DNA of 64,000 nt. It comes from Escherichia coli O157 typing phage 7. Location: sequence record KP869105; one strand, written 5' to 3'. A program made the position numbers and the translations under genes. Below are positions 38,541 through 48,564 of this stretch, in pieces. Position 1 is the first letter of the stretch, and every line of letters begins with the position of its first letter. The notes under the pieces were generated by a model. That model did no database searches and had not been told where the DNA came from. It was given only the letters and a program-made list of their open reading frames with translations.

Positions 38541-40000
38541 AAACCAGTTACCTCATGAAAATCGCCAAATACATCCTCGAATGTATTAGCTTTAGTTTTA
38601 TCTTCACGTAAACGAATCGCAATCGGAAGAAATAATTTAACGTAATCAGTGCGGCCATCAGATTTTAACCAACCGTTGCATTCGCACTCTAGAATTTTTC
38701 CAATATAATAATTTTGGTTTTCCATAATGCGAGTACGGTCAAGTTCATGCGATTTTACACCAGCTTTATCTTTTAAGCCTGAACCAGCATTTACTTTAAT
38801 TTTTCCACACTCTGACTCAAGAATAAATCCACCCGCTTTAGTAGGGTCTTTACGGTGAGGATAAATTCCTACAATTTTTAAATCAACATCAATTACTTCT
38901 TTAAATTTATAAAGATTTTTTGAACGAGCATTTTCCCATAATCCATCGATATTTTTGAGAATAATACCTTCAAGACCTTGGTCAATATACTTTTTATAAA
39001 TTACCTTAGCTTCATCTAGGTTATTTACTACCTGGTTTTCAATTAAAATTACTTTATCATAACCTGATGTCATTTGTTCTAGTTTAGAAAAACGTACATC
39101 ATATTTCAAACGAAATGCAGGAAGACCGTATATTTCTACCAACGGGACATAATCCCAGACCTGAAACTTCATGCATTGAGCTTCTTTTTCAGAAATGGTT
39201 CCCTTTAAAGATTTATTAGCGATTCCATTAGAAGTAGTACGTGATTCAGCTACTTCGGCGAATTCTTTAGCTTTACTAATTTCAGGATAAGCATCAAAAA
39301 GAAAATCTAGGCCTTCTGGTTCCTTTTCAACTTGCTCATGGTATACCAATTCGCCATCAATTAACACACCTTCTGGATGAATCTGGCGAGCTTCTGCAGT
39401 CATTTTGATTAACTCTTCCTTGAGAAGATCTAATCCTAGATATTCATTACCAGCTCGTGATAAAAGACGAACATCATCTAATTCATCACCTCTGACTTCA
39501 GCAAAGCACCGAGCTCCATCAGCTTTTAACTGCGCAAAAGCTGGAAACTTGATATTCTTACTAATGCCTTTTTCATCATAAGAACTTGCCAGCATTTGAG
39601 GTTGTTCAGGAATTAAACCTGGCCAAACTTTGTTTGCAATAGATACTGAAGCACCGCATTCAAGGTCTCGCATCATCACCCGACGCAAAACTTCAACATC
39701 ATCTTTTTTACCGTCAGCAATATATCCAGTTAATTCCTCAATTGCCGCATTTCCGGTCAATTTCCGAGTAGCTAACGTGAATTCAATGAAGTCAAGCATA
39801 TCGGTAAGAGTCAACATTCCAAAACTCTGGGTAGCAATACCAGGTTTAGGCCATTTCTTGATATAATACTGTAACCCACGAGAATAAGTCAGACGATATA
39901 CTCGTTTAAGCAATTCATTATCTTTATTCTTTTCAAGAATTGCTTGCTTCTGCTTAGTTGAACCAATAGATGCTATTTCGTTCAGAATTTTAAGAATCAT
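38537..40000 (-). CDS. 30: ATP-dependent DNA ligase gp30
   Basis: 487 aa as in T4 ligase; adenylation motif KADGAR. Confidence 0.95.
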   Translation of the reverse strand: MILKILNEIASIGSTKQKQAILEKNKDNELLKRVYRLTYSRGLQYYIKKWPKPGIATQSFGMLTLTDMLDFIEFTLATRKLTGNAAIEELTGYIADGKKDDVEVLRRVMMRDLECGASVSIANKVWPGLIPEQPQMLASSYDEKGISKNIKFPAFAQLKADGARCFAEVRGDELDDVRLLSRAGNEYLGLDLLKEELIKMTAEARQIHPEGVLIDGELVYHEQVEKEPEGLDFLFDAYPEISKAKEFAEVAESRTTSNGIANKSLKGTISEKEAQCMKFQVWDYVPLVEIYGLPAFRLKYDVRFSKLEQMTSGYDKVILIENQVVNNLDEAKVIYKKYIDQGLEGIILKNIDGLWENARSKNLYKFKEVIDVDLKIVGIYPHRKDPTKAGGFILESECGKIKVNAGSGLKDKAGVKSHELDRTRIMENQNYYIGKILECECNGWLKSDGRTDYVKLFLPIAIRLREDKTKANTFEDVFGDFHEVTGL

Positions 40001-40266
40001 TGTTCATCCTTTAGAGTTTGGTTTACAGCTCTATTATAAATCAATTCATCATTAAGCTCAGTCAAAGACTTGTGGTACGTGGTTCTAACTTTATTTCCTT
40101 GCATCCAGTGCTTGACGTAAATGAAACCTTGCTCTACACATTTTTTAAAAATTCGTTCGTCTTTTTGAGCTCGGAATTCTGGATTGCATCTAAAAAATTG
40201 ATTTACGTGACCGTAATCACGTGTAGTATTACCTTCATTTTCATAAATAGTATGAACAACAAACAT
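39997..40266 (-). CDS. hypothetical protein (30.1 position)
   Basis: 89 aa; ATGA-coupled between 30.2-position ORF and ligase. Confidence 0.6.
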   Translation of the reverse strand: MFVVHTIYENEGNTTRDYGHVNQFFRCNPEFRAQKDERIFKKCVEQGFIYVKHWMQGNKVRTTYHKSLTELNDELIYNRAVNQTLKDEQ

Positions 40267-41102
40267 TAGAATGCTCCTTGGAAAATATTATCACCACTAG
40301 TAGGTCTATTATACAAATACTCTATGCCACCGGGTTTAATATAGTTCCATGTCTGAAACGGATGCGTCTGATATGGATGATATAGATTATAAGGATTAAA
40401 TCCAGGAGTTCTCCAGGTAGTGTTCCAAGGAAAAGAATCGTTTTTAATCATCTTTTCAATTACATCTTTTATAGCTTTTTCACTATCAAAACTTTCTTTA
40501 TTTTCCTTCGATGGAAAAAGCTTATTCTCTACATCATTCCATGTATAAACTCGCTGCGCAGTTTTTGGAATACTGTCACGCTCCCCTCGAGCCATCCAAT
40601 AAACAGGAACATTTAATATTTCACTCGCGTGATCGCAGTGGTGAGCGAGATCGTCAATATAACAAATTACGTTATATTTCTCTTTTGCCTTTTTGAACAA
40701 CTCTTCTTTTGAAGAATCATGACCACACATCAATACTTCTGAGAAGGCACCAGGAAAAAGAGCATTCAAATTAAATTGACGATTTAGCAGAGCGTCAATA
40801 GAATCACCCAATGCTGTAACAGCTACAAAATTATAATCTTCTTTTAATTTGTTAATTACACACAGGGCATCTTTATACGGAGACAAGTAACGAATAAAAT
40901 CTGAACGATTATACTTTTCGATTAATTTAACACCAAGTTCTTCATCGCAATTAAAGAGCTTACCAGGAGAAATAAATTTTTCGTCCTGAATCATTTTTAA
41001 AATATGTTCCAACGGAAGATTATATTTTTGGGCAAAATAAGGAAGGCCCGATTGCCAGCTTAAACACACCCCGTCAATATCAGTCAAAATAGTAGGCTTC
41101 AT
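40266..41102 (-). CDS. HAD-like hydrolase-fold protein (30.2 position)
   Basis: 278 aa; N-terminal LTDIDGV (HAD motif I-like DxDG) and later YIDD. Confidence 0.6.
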   Translation of the reverse strand: MKPTILTDIDGVCLSWQSGLPYFAQKYNLPLEHILKMIQDEKFISPGKLFNCDEELGVKLIEKYNRSDFIRYLSPYKDALCVINKLKEDYNFVAVTALGDSIDALLNRQFNLNALFPGAFSEVLMCGHDSSKEELFKKAKEKYNVICYIDDLAHHCDHASEILNVPVYWMARGERDSIPKTAQRVYTWNDVENKLFPSKENKESFDSEKAIKDVIEKMIKNDSFPWNTTWRTPGFNPYNLYHPYQTHPFQTWNYIKPGGIEYLYNRPTSGDNIFQGAF

Positions 41103-41563
41103 AGAGAGTCTCTTAATAGGTTTAACACATCAATAAATTCAGCTTCGGTTAGTATTGTATCATCTTTTGTTAGACCACTAGCCATGCTATGCTTCAAAAC
41201 TTTTCCTTTCGAGGCTAGTAATGCATCACGAAAGCCCTTGTTTTGAATCGCTGCTTCAAAATATGCATTTGTGTACAACTCTTTCCACGCTGGTGAGTAT
41301 CTTGAAAACGGAACTCCAAGCCAGAAGAGGGTCCCACGGTCCTGAGCTCTTGCATAAGACCTTCCAGCTTGTTGGGCGGCAAGTCCGGATAACCCAAATA
41401 TACGTCTTTGCTGCTCAACATTTTTCACCTTGCACCCTTGGAGAAATCCTTCAAGACCTCCAAATTGGATACCATCCATAACAAAAGGCCATTGAGCGAA
41501 ATTACTTAATGCACACGATGGCCATCTAAAATTGCTTCTAATCTCTAACTCAGGCATTTTCAA
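41099..41563 (-). CDS. NADAR/YbiA-like (DUF1768) protein (30.3 position)
   Basis: 154 aa; segment FRWPSCALSNFAQWPFVMDGIQFGGLEGFLQGCKV resembles the SNF...WP...DG core of E. coli YbiA-family proteins as I recall it. Confidence 0.6.
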   Translation of the reverse strand: MKMPELEIRSNFRWPSCALSNFAQWPFVMDGIQFGGLEGFLQGCKVKNVEQQRRIFGLSGLAAQQAGRSYARAQDRGTLFWLGVPFSRYSPAWKELYTNAYFEAAIQNKGFRDALLASKGKVLKHSMASGLTKDDTILTEAEFIDVLNLLRDSL

Positions 41564-41756
41564 TGCTTATAATTTCAACATCAGCCCAATGACCATAGCA
41601 AGGAAGACGAAATTCAACTGGCCAGTTAGGGTCCTTTTCTAATATAATAGACTTAACTTGTGGTTCTTCATGTTCATCAGTATATGGATTTTTATCTGTT
41701 ACTTTATATGTGACCTTAATGTACTGAATTCCAAAAATCTTATTAATTATATTCAT
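41550..41756 (-). CDS. hypothetical small protein
   Basis: 68 aa, overlapping neighbours by a few nt. Confidence 0.5.
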   Translation of the reverse strand: MNIINKIFGIQYIKVTYKVTDKNPYTDEHEEPQVKSIILEKDPNWPVEFRLPCYGHWADVEIISIENA

Positions 41757-41950
41757 ACTAATTCCTTTAATCCGTAAATAGGAGATAATTCATCACCCAT
41801 ACGAAGGTCTTCATTTCCATCTACCCAGGAAACAATATAAGCCTCTTTTATTTGAACACCACTCCATTTAAATGGAGGTAGAACCTTAGAAATTAATCCA
41901 GGTATACCAACTCCCTTTAATTCAACAGTTTGACCTAAAAAGAATTTCAT
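41753..41950 (-). CDS. hypothetical small protein
   Basis: 65 aa, ATGA-coupled. Confidence 0.5.
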   Translation of the reverse strand: MKFFLGQTVELKGVGIPGLISKVLPPFKWSGVQIKEAYIVSWVDGNEDLRMGDELSPIYGLKELV

Positions 41951-42237
41951 CAGAACCTCATCTGAAAGCCATGTGATTTAACATTACCGCCGCCAATATC
42001 AGAAATATTAATTTCACGCGCAATTGAAGGGTCAATGTCAATTTCACGATTAAGTTTAGCGATAGCTAAAGTATCACGCCCATTTACTGTACGGAATTCT
42101 AAAGGACAAACCACATCAACATAATTTTTAATCGATTCACTGGTAGGTTGCAAATGAGCAGGAAGGTCTTTAGGCGCCTTAGAGAAAACAACTTCACAGA
42201 AATTTTTGCGGGTATCAAAATAAGTAGTCATAAACAT
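41950..42237 (-). CDS. hypothetical protein
   Basis: Track ORF (to 42288) trimmed to ATG at about 42237 (MFMTTYFDT...), preceded by GAGGAAA; the longer form would read through a GC hairpin. Confidence 0.5.
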   Translation of the reverse strand: MFMTTYFDTRKNFCEVVFSKAPKDLPAHLQPTSESIKNYVDVVCPLEFRTVNGRDTLAIAKLNREIDIDPSIAREINISDIGGGNVKSHGFQMRF

Positions 42238-42252
42238 AGTATTTTCCTCAGT

Positions 42253-42268
42253 AAGGGGCCGAAGCCCC
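42253..42268 (-). other. intergenic GC stem-loop
   Basis: AGGGGC-CGAA-GCCCCT between two small ORFs, just upstream of a GAGGAAA ribosome binding site. Confidence 0.4.
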
Positions 42269-42277
42269 TGTTTTATT

Positions 42278-42643
42278 TTAAATATCAAATTCGTTAAGAA
42301 CTACATCAAAGATTGCTTCAAGATGCTCAGGTTTAGCTCTGTTACTCAGAATATGACGAATCCAAGTTTTAACCAAAAGCTTGCGATTATCACCATTCCA
42401 GCAAGGATGAGTCCCTAAATCGCGTTGACGAAAATCATCATCCAGAGCGATTTTGAAGTTTGAACCTTCCATTGTGATTGAAACCGTGATGCCATTTTCA
42501 AATCGCATATAAACGTAGTTAGGAGTCATATACTGTTCAATTTCGCATACTGATCCATTTTGATGTTTCCAAAGGCAGATAGTATCAATAGAACCTGCAA
42601 TACCATTAGAAACATATTTACGTTCAAAGTTGATGTAGTTCAT
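42278..42643 (-). CDS. hypothetical protein
   Basis: 121 aa; early promoter/stem-loop upstream. Confidence 0.55.
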   Translation of the reverse strand: MNYINFERKYVSNGIAGSIDTICLWKHQNGSVCEIEQYMTPNYVYMRFENGITVSITMEGSNFKIALDDDFRQRDLGTHPCWNGDNRKLLVKTWIRHILSNRAKPEHLEAIFDVVLNEFDI

Positions 42644-42669
42644 TTTTATTCTCCGAGATGTTTAATTGC

Positions 42670-42709
42670 GGTACAGGTATATAATATCATATCCTGTACC
42701 AAAGTAAAC
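42670..42709 (-). promoter_or_regulatory. T4-type early promoter with stem-loop
   Basis: Minus strand: GTTTAC, 17 nt, TATTAT; inverted repeat GGTACAGG/CCTGTACC flanks the -10. Confidence 0.5.
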
Positions 42710-42711
42710 AA

Positions 42712-43044
42712 TTATTTTACTACTTTCCAGTGCTTCATGTCAAGTTTACCAACTTTTTTCATCTTCTCAATCAAACGTTCGGCACGTTGGCGAGCTGTAA
42801 CATAATACCATTCGCCTAATTCATTTTGTTCAATTTTTCCAACGATTACTGTATTCAATTCATAAATCCAACCAGTAAAGAAATTATGAACTTGAATTGT
42901 AAAGGTGAAATCTGTTCCCATACCTTCTGTTGTTTCTACTTCAATAATATCACCTTCAACTGCCATTAAGAACCACATAGTTTCATCATATTTACCATTG
43001 AAGCATTTAGTTTTAACTGCAGCGTTCAGATTAATCGTTTTCAT
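42712..43044 (-). CDS. hypothetical protein
   Basis: 110 aa; early promoter/stem-loop upstream; Shine-Dalgarno AAGGAG. Confidence 0.55.
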   Translation of the reverse strand: MKTINLNAAVKTKCFNGKYDETMWFLMAVEGDIIEVETTEGMGTDFTFTIQVHNFFTGWIYELNTVIVGKIEQNELGEWYYVTARQRAERLIEKMKKVGKLDMKHWKVVK

Positions 43045-43070
43045 TTTATTCTCCTTTGTTTGTGTAAGAT

Positions 43071-43110
43071 AATACTATCACAAAGGAACCATACTGTAAA
43101 CAACTTTGTG
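43071..43110 (-). promoter_or_regulatory. T4-type early promoter with stem-loop
   Basis: Minus strand: GTTTAC, 17 nt, ATAGTATTAT; inverted repeat CACAAAG/CTTTGTG. Confidence 0.5.
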
Positions 43111-43118
43111 CAATCTTT

Positions 43119-43150
43119 GGAAAATAAAAAAGGACTCCCGAAGGAGTCCT
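43119..43150 (-). terminator. intrinsic terminator after the basic small protein gene
   Basis: AGGACTCC-CGAA-GGAGTCCT hairpin with T-run on the minus strand. Confidence 0.6.
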
Positions 43151-43154
43151 CAAC

Positions 43155-43331
43155 TTATGCTTTCTGCTTACCAAAACGAGAAGCATCATCTCGAAGAACC
43201 GCACGTGCTCGGCGCATGATCTTCTCAACAGTTTGATTGATACGAGAGTTCGACCCACGCTTGTAACCAGCGCGTTTAGAATCACCAACTTTCTTTTCAA
43301 CTGCTTTCTTTGCTTTAACTTGTTTTGCCAT
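43155..43331 (-). CDS. small highly basic protein, likely nucleic-acid binding
   Basis: Track ORF trimmed to MAKQVKAKKAVEKKVGDSKRAGYKRG... (58 aa, K/R rich); followed by hairpin terminator 43131-43150. Confidence 0.5.
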   Translation of the reverse strand: MAKQVKAKKAVEKKVGDSKRAGYKRGSNSRINQTVEKIMRRARAVLRDDASRFGKQKA

Positions 43332-43620
43332 TATAAATTCTCTTTTAAATGAAAATGCAGGACTTATTGGCATTGCCTGCGCAAGCCCTCAAGGGGGAAC
43401 ATAGGTTTTGTATATTTACCGACAGGATAACCATAAACCTCGTCAACATACCACCAAGACTTACACAGATAACACTTTTCTGACGCATGATAGTAACATT
43501 CAAGAGGTACACCATAAAACTGCCGGGGTCTTAAAACTATAATGATTCGCAAATCATTAATCAGACAGTTCGATGGCTCCTCGATTTTAGCTCACACTAA
43601 GGCAGTGAATCTCCAATAAA

Positions 43621-43869
43621 TTACTTCAGTGTTACCACAAAGTGACGAACTGCTTTTCGTGCAGCAGAAGCCAGAGGCTTAGCATACTTAAGTTCATCTT
43701 TTTCCTGAAGCTCAGCAGCTAATGCAGTTTGAGCAGGATTTAGATGTTTGAAATAACGCAGGATTTCAAGAGCTTCGGCTTCAACATCAATAGATGCGCC
43801 ATAGTTTTCGTGACCATTATTCCATGCGTTTCGTTGCAGTTCAAGAGCGTGTTGTAATTGTTTAATCAT
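43621..43869 (-). CDS. rIII: rIII lysis inhibition accessory protein
   Basis: 82 aa as in T4 rIII; adjacent to gene 31 as in T4. Confidence 0.7.
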   Translation of the reverse strand: MIKQLQHALELQRNAWNNGHENYGASIDVEAEALEILRYFKHLNPAQTALAAELQEKDELKYAKPLASAARKAVRHFVVTLK

Positions 43870-44008
43870 TTAAAAATTCTCGTTAGAGATTAAAACTCGG
43901 TAGTCACGTTCTTCTGAATTTCATCTTCTTTCGACAGATCTCTCAGTTGTAGACTACCACATAGAATTGTTCGGTTAACTTATTATTCCGACACCCAATT
44001 CATATTAT

Positions 44009-44016
44009 TATTTATA
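44009..44016 (-). promoter_or_regulatory. candidate late promoter box on minus strand (rIII)
   Basis: Plus-strand TATTTATA immediately after the gene 31 stop, about 140 nt upstream of rIII. Confidence 0.4.
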
Positions 44017-44352
44017 TCACTTATAAAGACACGGAATAGCTTTATAGTGACAGGTAACGAATTTTTGTTTAATTTCTTTTGGCTGCTTAAGACCCAGAGC
44101 TACAAAAGGATGCGGAACGTTTCGAATTTGACCAACTGGAAGAGAAGTCAAATCACCAACTTCGCAGAAACCTTCAGGAACATCAGGACCGACAGAGTGA
44201 ACTACACATAGTTCAGGAACTTCACCTTGAACACGTTTACCGATAATAAGTCCTGATTCTGTAACTTCTTCATCACCGGCTTGTGCAGGTTCAGAAACTA
44301 AAATAACATATTCACCGACAGCACGAATTGGTAGCTGTTGTACTTCAGACAT
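44017..44352 (-). CDS. 31: co-chaperonin gp31 (GroES analogue for capsid folding)
   Basis: 111 aa; sequence [29 protein letters not shown]... as recalled for T4 gp31; MotA-type middle promoter upstream. Confidence 0.95.
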
Positions 44353-44382
44353 CGTTTTTCCTTTTTGTTAACAGATGAATTA

Positions 44383-44407
44383 ATAATAACAAATAATTCT
44401 TAAAGCA
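44383..44407 (-). promoter_or_regulatory. MotA-dependent middle promoter for gene 31
   Basis: Minus strand reads aaTGCTTTA, 12 nt, TATTAT, then leader to the gene 31 ATG. Confidence 0.55.
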
Positions 44408-44408
44408 T

Positions 44409-44717
44409 TTATTTACCAATAAATTGGAGTAAATGCTCAACTTTCATACCATTAACAGAAATCAATTTGTCAATAGAAAAACCTCGCCACTCGCCAAGCT
44501 CAACATCAAATACTGGAATCATATCAGTAGATTCTTTCCGAGCAGATTCAGTCAATTTACCAGTTTGCATGGTTGGCATAAAGTCAGCATCGCGAGTACC
44601 TTTCATAGTACGAATAGTACCATCAGACTTTTCAAAAACTACGTTTGAAATACCCATGGACAATTTAGTTTTCAAAATTTCACGAATTGCTACTTTCTGT
44701 TCAGTTATCAGTTTCAT
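44409..44717 (-). CDS. hypothetical protein (31.1 position)
   Basis: 102 aa between cd and 31. Confidence 0.6.
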   Translation of the reverse strand: MKLITEQKVAIREILKTKLSMGISNVVFEKSDGTIRTMKGTRDADFMPTMQTGKLTESARKESTDMIPVFDVELGEWRGFSIDKLISVNGMKVEHLLQFIGK

Positions 44718-44954
44718 TTATTTACCTATTACAGTTTTAATATGAGTTATTCCACGTTCTTTAAGGGTGGAAAGTAATTTTTGACATTTTTCTAAATCAG
44801 ATTTCCAACTATATGGTCTATCTATACTAGTCCAATCAGTTTTATAATACTGTTTCCATTTAGAGAAAAAATATTTCTTATACTCTACAGCAAACGAGAT
44901 GTTCTCGTTAGAATAAGAACTAATTGCTGTAAGCTTTACCAAACGAAATTTCAT
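44718..44954 (-). CDS. hypothetical protein (31.2 position)
   Basis: 78 aa. Confidence 0.55.
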   Translation of the reverse strand: MKFRLVKLTAISSYSNENISFAVEYKKYFFSKWKQYYKTDWTSIDRPYSWKSDLEKCQKLLSTLKERGITHIKTVIGK

Positions 44955-45535
44955 TATTCACCACAGAATTCGTTGATATTTTCCCAGTTTAACTTATTCA
45001 AGTTTTTCTTAGGAACATTAAACACTTCAATACCTGCATTTCGCAGAATATCATCCCAGCCAGGTTTATTTTTATCGTATGTTTCGCAATAAACCAGTTT
45101 TTTAATACCAGATTGAGCTATCGCTTTTGCACAATCTGGACAAGGAGAAAGTGTTACATACATAGTAGCACCTTCAATAGAAGAACCATTTCGTGCAGCA
45201 AACAAAATTGCATTTAGTTCAGCATGAATTTCATTTTTAGACGACCATTCAGAGTGAGCGCTCCGGTGTTCTTTTGCCAAGACAAAACGATCAGTTGAAC
45301 CAAATGATACACATTCGGGCTTATGACCTTGGATGATAGTATGTTTAGGCTTATTCAGCAACCAACCTTGCTCAGCAGCATAATCACAACAGTTCACACC
45401 ACCAGCAGGTGAACCATTATATCCGGTAGAAATAATACGTCCATTCTTTTCAATTACTGCTCCTACCTTCCAGGAGCAACATTTTGATTCCTGCGATACT
45501 AAATATGCAATTTGAAGTACTGTACTCGCTTTCAT
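44954..45535 (-). CDS. cd: dCMP deaminase
   Basis: 193 aa as in T4 Cd; zinc-binding deaminase motifs HAELNAI and SPCPDCAKA. Confidence 0.9.
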   Translation of the reverse strand: MKASTVLQIAYLVSQESKCCSWKVGAVIEKNGRIISTGYNGSPAGGVNCCDYAAEQGWLLNKPKHTIIQGHKPECVSFGSTDRFVLAKEHRSAHSEWSSKNEIHAELNAILFAARNGSSIEGATMYVTLSPCPDCAKAIAQSGIKKLVYCETYDKNKPGWDDILRNAGIEVFNVPKKNLNKLNWENINEFCGE

Positions 45536-45870
45536 TTCATAATCACCAGATAAGCAGATTTAGCAGTTTCAACACGATAAATTTCGTGACGAAGTTTAGT
45601 TATACTTTTAATAACAGAACTAATTATATTCTGCCCATCTTTAAAGCGGTTTTTCTTATCAATAAAAATTGCGCCAACCATCTTTTTGTGAAGCTCAACT
45701 GGATACTTCGTCACAATAATAGCATCATATACGGAAGGATGAATACTATTTACTAGAGTGTCATTCATTAAAGTTATTCTAATGAACTGTGCTGTTTCAG
45801 AGTCAAGCGCTCTATGATCGCCAGTATCATTTTCAAGACAATTATCAATTATATCAGTTAAATTCATCAT
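45532..45870 (-). CDS. hypothetical protein (cd.1 position)
   Basis: 112 aa, ATGA-coupled. Confidence 0.5.
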   Translation of the reverse strand: MMNLTDIIDNCLENDTGDHRALDSETAQFIRITLMNDTLVNSIHPSVYDAIIVTKYPVELHKKMVGAIFIDKKNRFKDGQNIISSVIKSITKLRHEIYRVETAKSAYLVIMK

Positions 45871-46106
45871 AGTACGCCATACACCCTTTGTGCTTCAACT
45901 AATCCATCAAAATCTAATTTAAGATGCGATATTTGATCGCCATCACCTGGATTCACAATTACTAATACTGAACGAGGAGTTTCAGTAATAACACGAACCG
46001 ATGTTTCAGGAAATCGTTCAGAAACCTTATTTACCAATTCCTGTGCAAATAGCTTAACTTTTTCTTGGAATTCTTTAACAGTAATCGGTTTTTCACTTAG
46101 CAGCAT
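45867..46106 (-). CDS. hypothetical protein (cd.2 position)
   Basis: 79 aa; early promoter/stem-loop upstream. Confidence 0.5.
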   Translation of the reverse strand: MLLSEKPITVKEFQEKVKLFAQELVNKVSERFPETSVRVITETPRSVLVIVNPGDGDQISHLKLDFDGLVEAQRVYGVL

Positions 46107-46127
46107 TTTGTTTTCCTCATTTGTTTT

Positions 46128-46166
46128 GGTAGAGCTATAATATCACAACTCTACCGTAAAGTAAAC
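46128..46166 (-). promoter_or_regulatory. T4-type early promoter with stem-loop
   Basis: Minus strand: GTTTAC, 17 nt, TATTAT; inverted repeat GGTAGAG/CTCTACC flanks the -10. Confidence 0.5.
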
Positions 46167-46168
46167 TA

Positions 46169-46474
46169 TTAAATTGCTTTGAATTCTGATGTCTGTGATT
46201 CAAAACGAATGTCGCCTTTGATAACTAGCTCAGCATCAAGACCGAATACAACAATGATATGCGCGGAACCTGGATACAACGTGATGGCAACAGAATCCAC
46301 CTGGTCTGGAAGCAAAGTGTTCAATACATGAGTCACTTGAGCATGAATTCGAAGCTCGGCTGCGTTATCAAGCTTTTCAAACATATTATTAGCGATAATT
46401 TGACTAAACACTACTTCTACAATTTTAGAATAAGTCGGAAACATATTTACCTCACATAATTTTCTTCGAGCCAA
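46169..46474 (-). CDS. hypothetical protein
   Basis: 101 aa. Confidence 0.5.
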   Translation of the reverse strand: MARRKLCEVNMFPTYSKIVEVVFSQIIANNMFEKLDNAAELRIHAQVTHVLNTLLPDQVDSVAITLYPGSAHIIVVFGLDAELVIKGDIRFESQTSEFKAI

Positions 46475-46647
46475 TCAATAACATCCAACGCATTATCAAA
46501 AGTTGAACCATCTACTTTGTCTTCTGTTTCATAATCAAGAACATCTAAACCTACTCTTCCATCAACAATAGGCCATAAACAAAATAGATATTTCTTTTCT
46601 TTTTCAATTTTATCACAAAGACGATAAATCTTTTCTATGTTATTCAT
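46447..46647 (-). CDS. hypothetical protein
   Basis: 66 aa. Confidence 0.5.
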   Translation of the reverse strand: MNNIEKIYRLCDKIEKEKKYLFCLWPIVDGRVGLDVLDYETEDKVDGSTFDNALDVIDWLEENYVR

Positions 46648-46836
46648 AAGTTTTCCATGGTAAAGGCAGTTTAGTTTTCTTTACTGTTAGTTCAACATCA
46701 GGATTCTTTTCTCTTAATTTAAGGCATTCCTCCCAAGCTCTGATTTCACTAGTGAATACACAAAATTGCCCATTACTAGTACCGACTAAACCACTATTTA
46801 CAATAATAATAGCCCAAGTTTCATGATGCCACGCCA

Positions 46837-46837
<1 letters not shown>
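46640..46837 (-). CDS. hypothetical protein
   Basis: Track ORF trimmed to ATG at 46837 (MAWHHETW...), which overlaps the pseT stop by one base. Confidence 0.45.
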
Positions 46838-48037
<1,200 letters not shown>

Positions 48038-48041
<4 letters not shown>

Positions 48042-48268
48042 TTATTTTTCTCAACCAATGATTGAATATAATCATGCAGGTCTTTAGATGCTTTACCCCA
48101 CTTATTTTGATATTCATTTTTGAGATTAGCGCGTGATTGAGCTAATAAAACATCATTAGTTGGAGGTAAAGATTCTAATCGTTGAATCTGTCGTCCATAA
48201 ATCATTGCAGCCATCTCGGATTCATAAATTAATCCTTTTAGATGTTCAAATTGATACCATGAAATCAT
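48038..48268 (-). CDS. hypothetical protein
   Basis: 76 aa. Confidence 0.5.
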
Positions 48269-48564
48269 TTACATTTATCCTCTTTTAGCTCTTGACGATA
48301 ATAACATATCATAGTTTTCTGGTCATGTACATATCGTTTTACATCATTAAGCCAAATACGAAATTCCTGAGAATCTTCAAATGGCATACCTACCCAAGCT
48401 TTACCATCAATAACTTTAACTTGCCAAGATAGTTTAGCTTCGTCATATGACTTTATTTGCACAGGCCAATTAGGATGAACTGTTTCTTTCTTTACTTCTA
48501 GAGGCTTTGTCGAACAACCAACTAGAAGACCAATAGATAATATTACTGCAGATAATTTAATCAT
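48265..48564 (-). CDS. o-spanin (outer-membrane lipoprotein lysis protein; T4 pseT.2 equivalent)
   Basis: 99 aa; signal peptide with lipobox LLVGC; directly follows and overlaps the i-spanin gene. Confidence 0.7.
   Translation of the reverse strand: MIKLSAVILSIGLLVGCSTKPLEVKKETVHPNWPVQIKSYDEAKLSWQVKVIDGKAWVGMPFEDSQEFRIWLNDVKRYVHDQKTMICYYRQELKEDKCK

Noticed and set aside
43046-43300. 84-aa minus-strand ORF overlapping the basic small-protein gene
   Set aside because: Different frame from the SD-supported gene, and it reads through the hairpin terminator at 43131-43150
43364-43552. 62-aa TTG-initiated ORF between rIII and the basic protein gene
   Set aside because: No ATG start and no convincing Shine-Dalgarno; kept as a finding about the region rather than a CDS call
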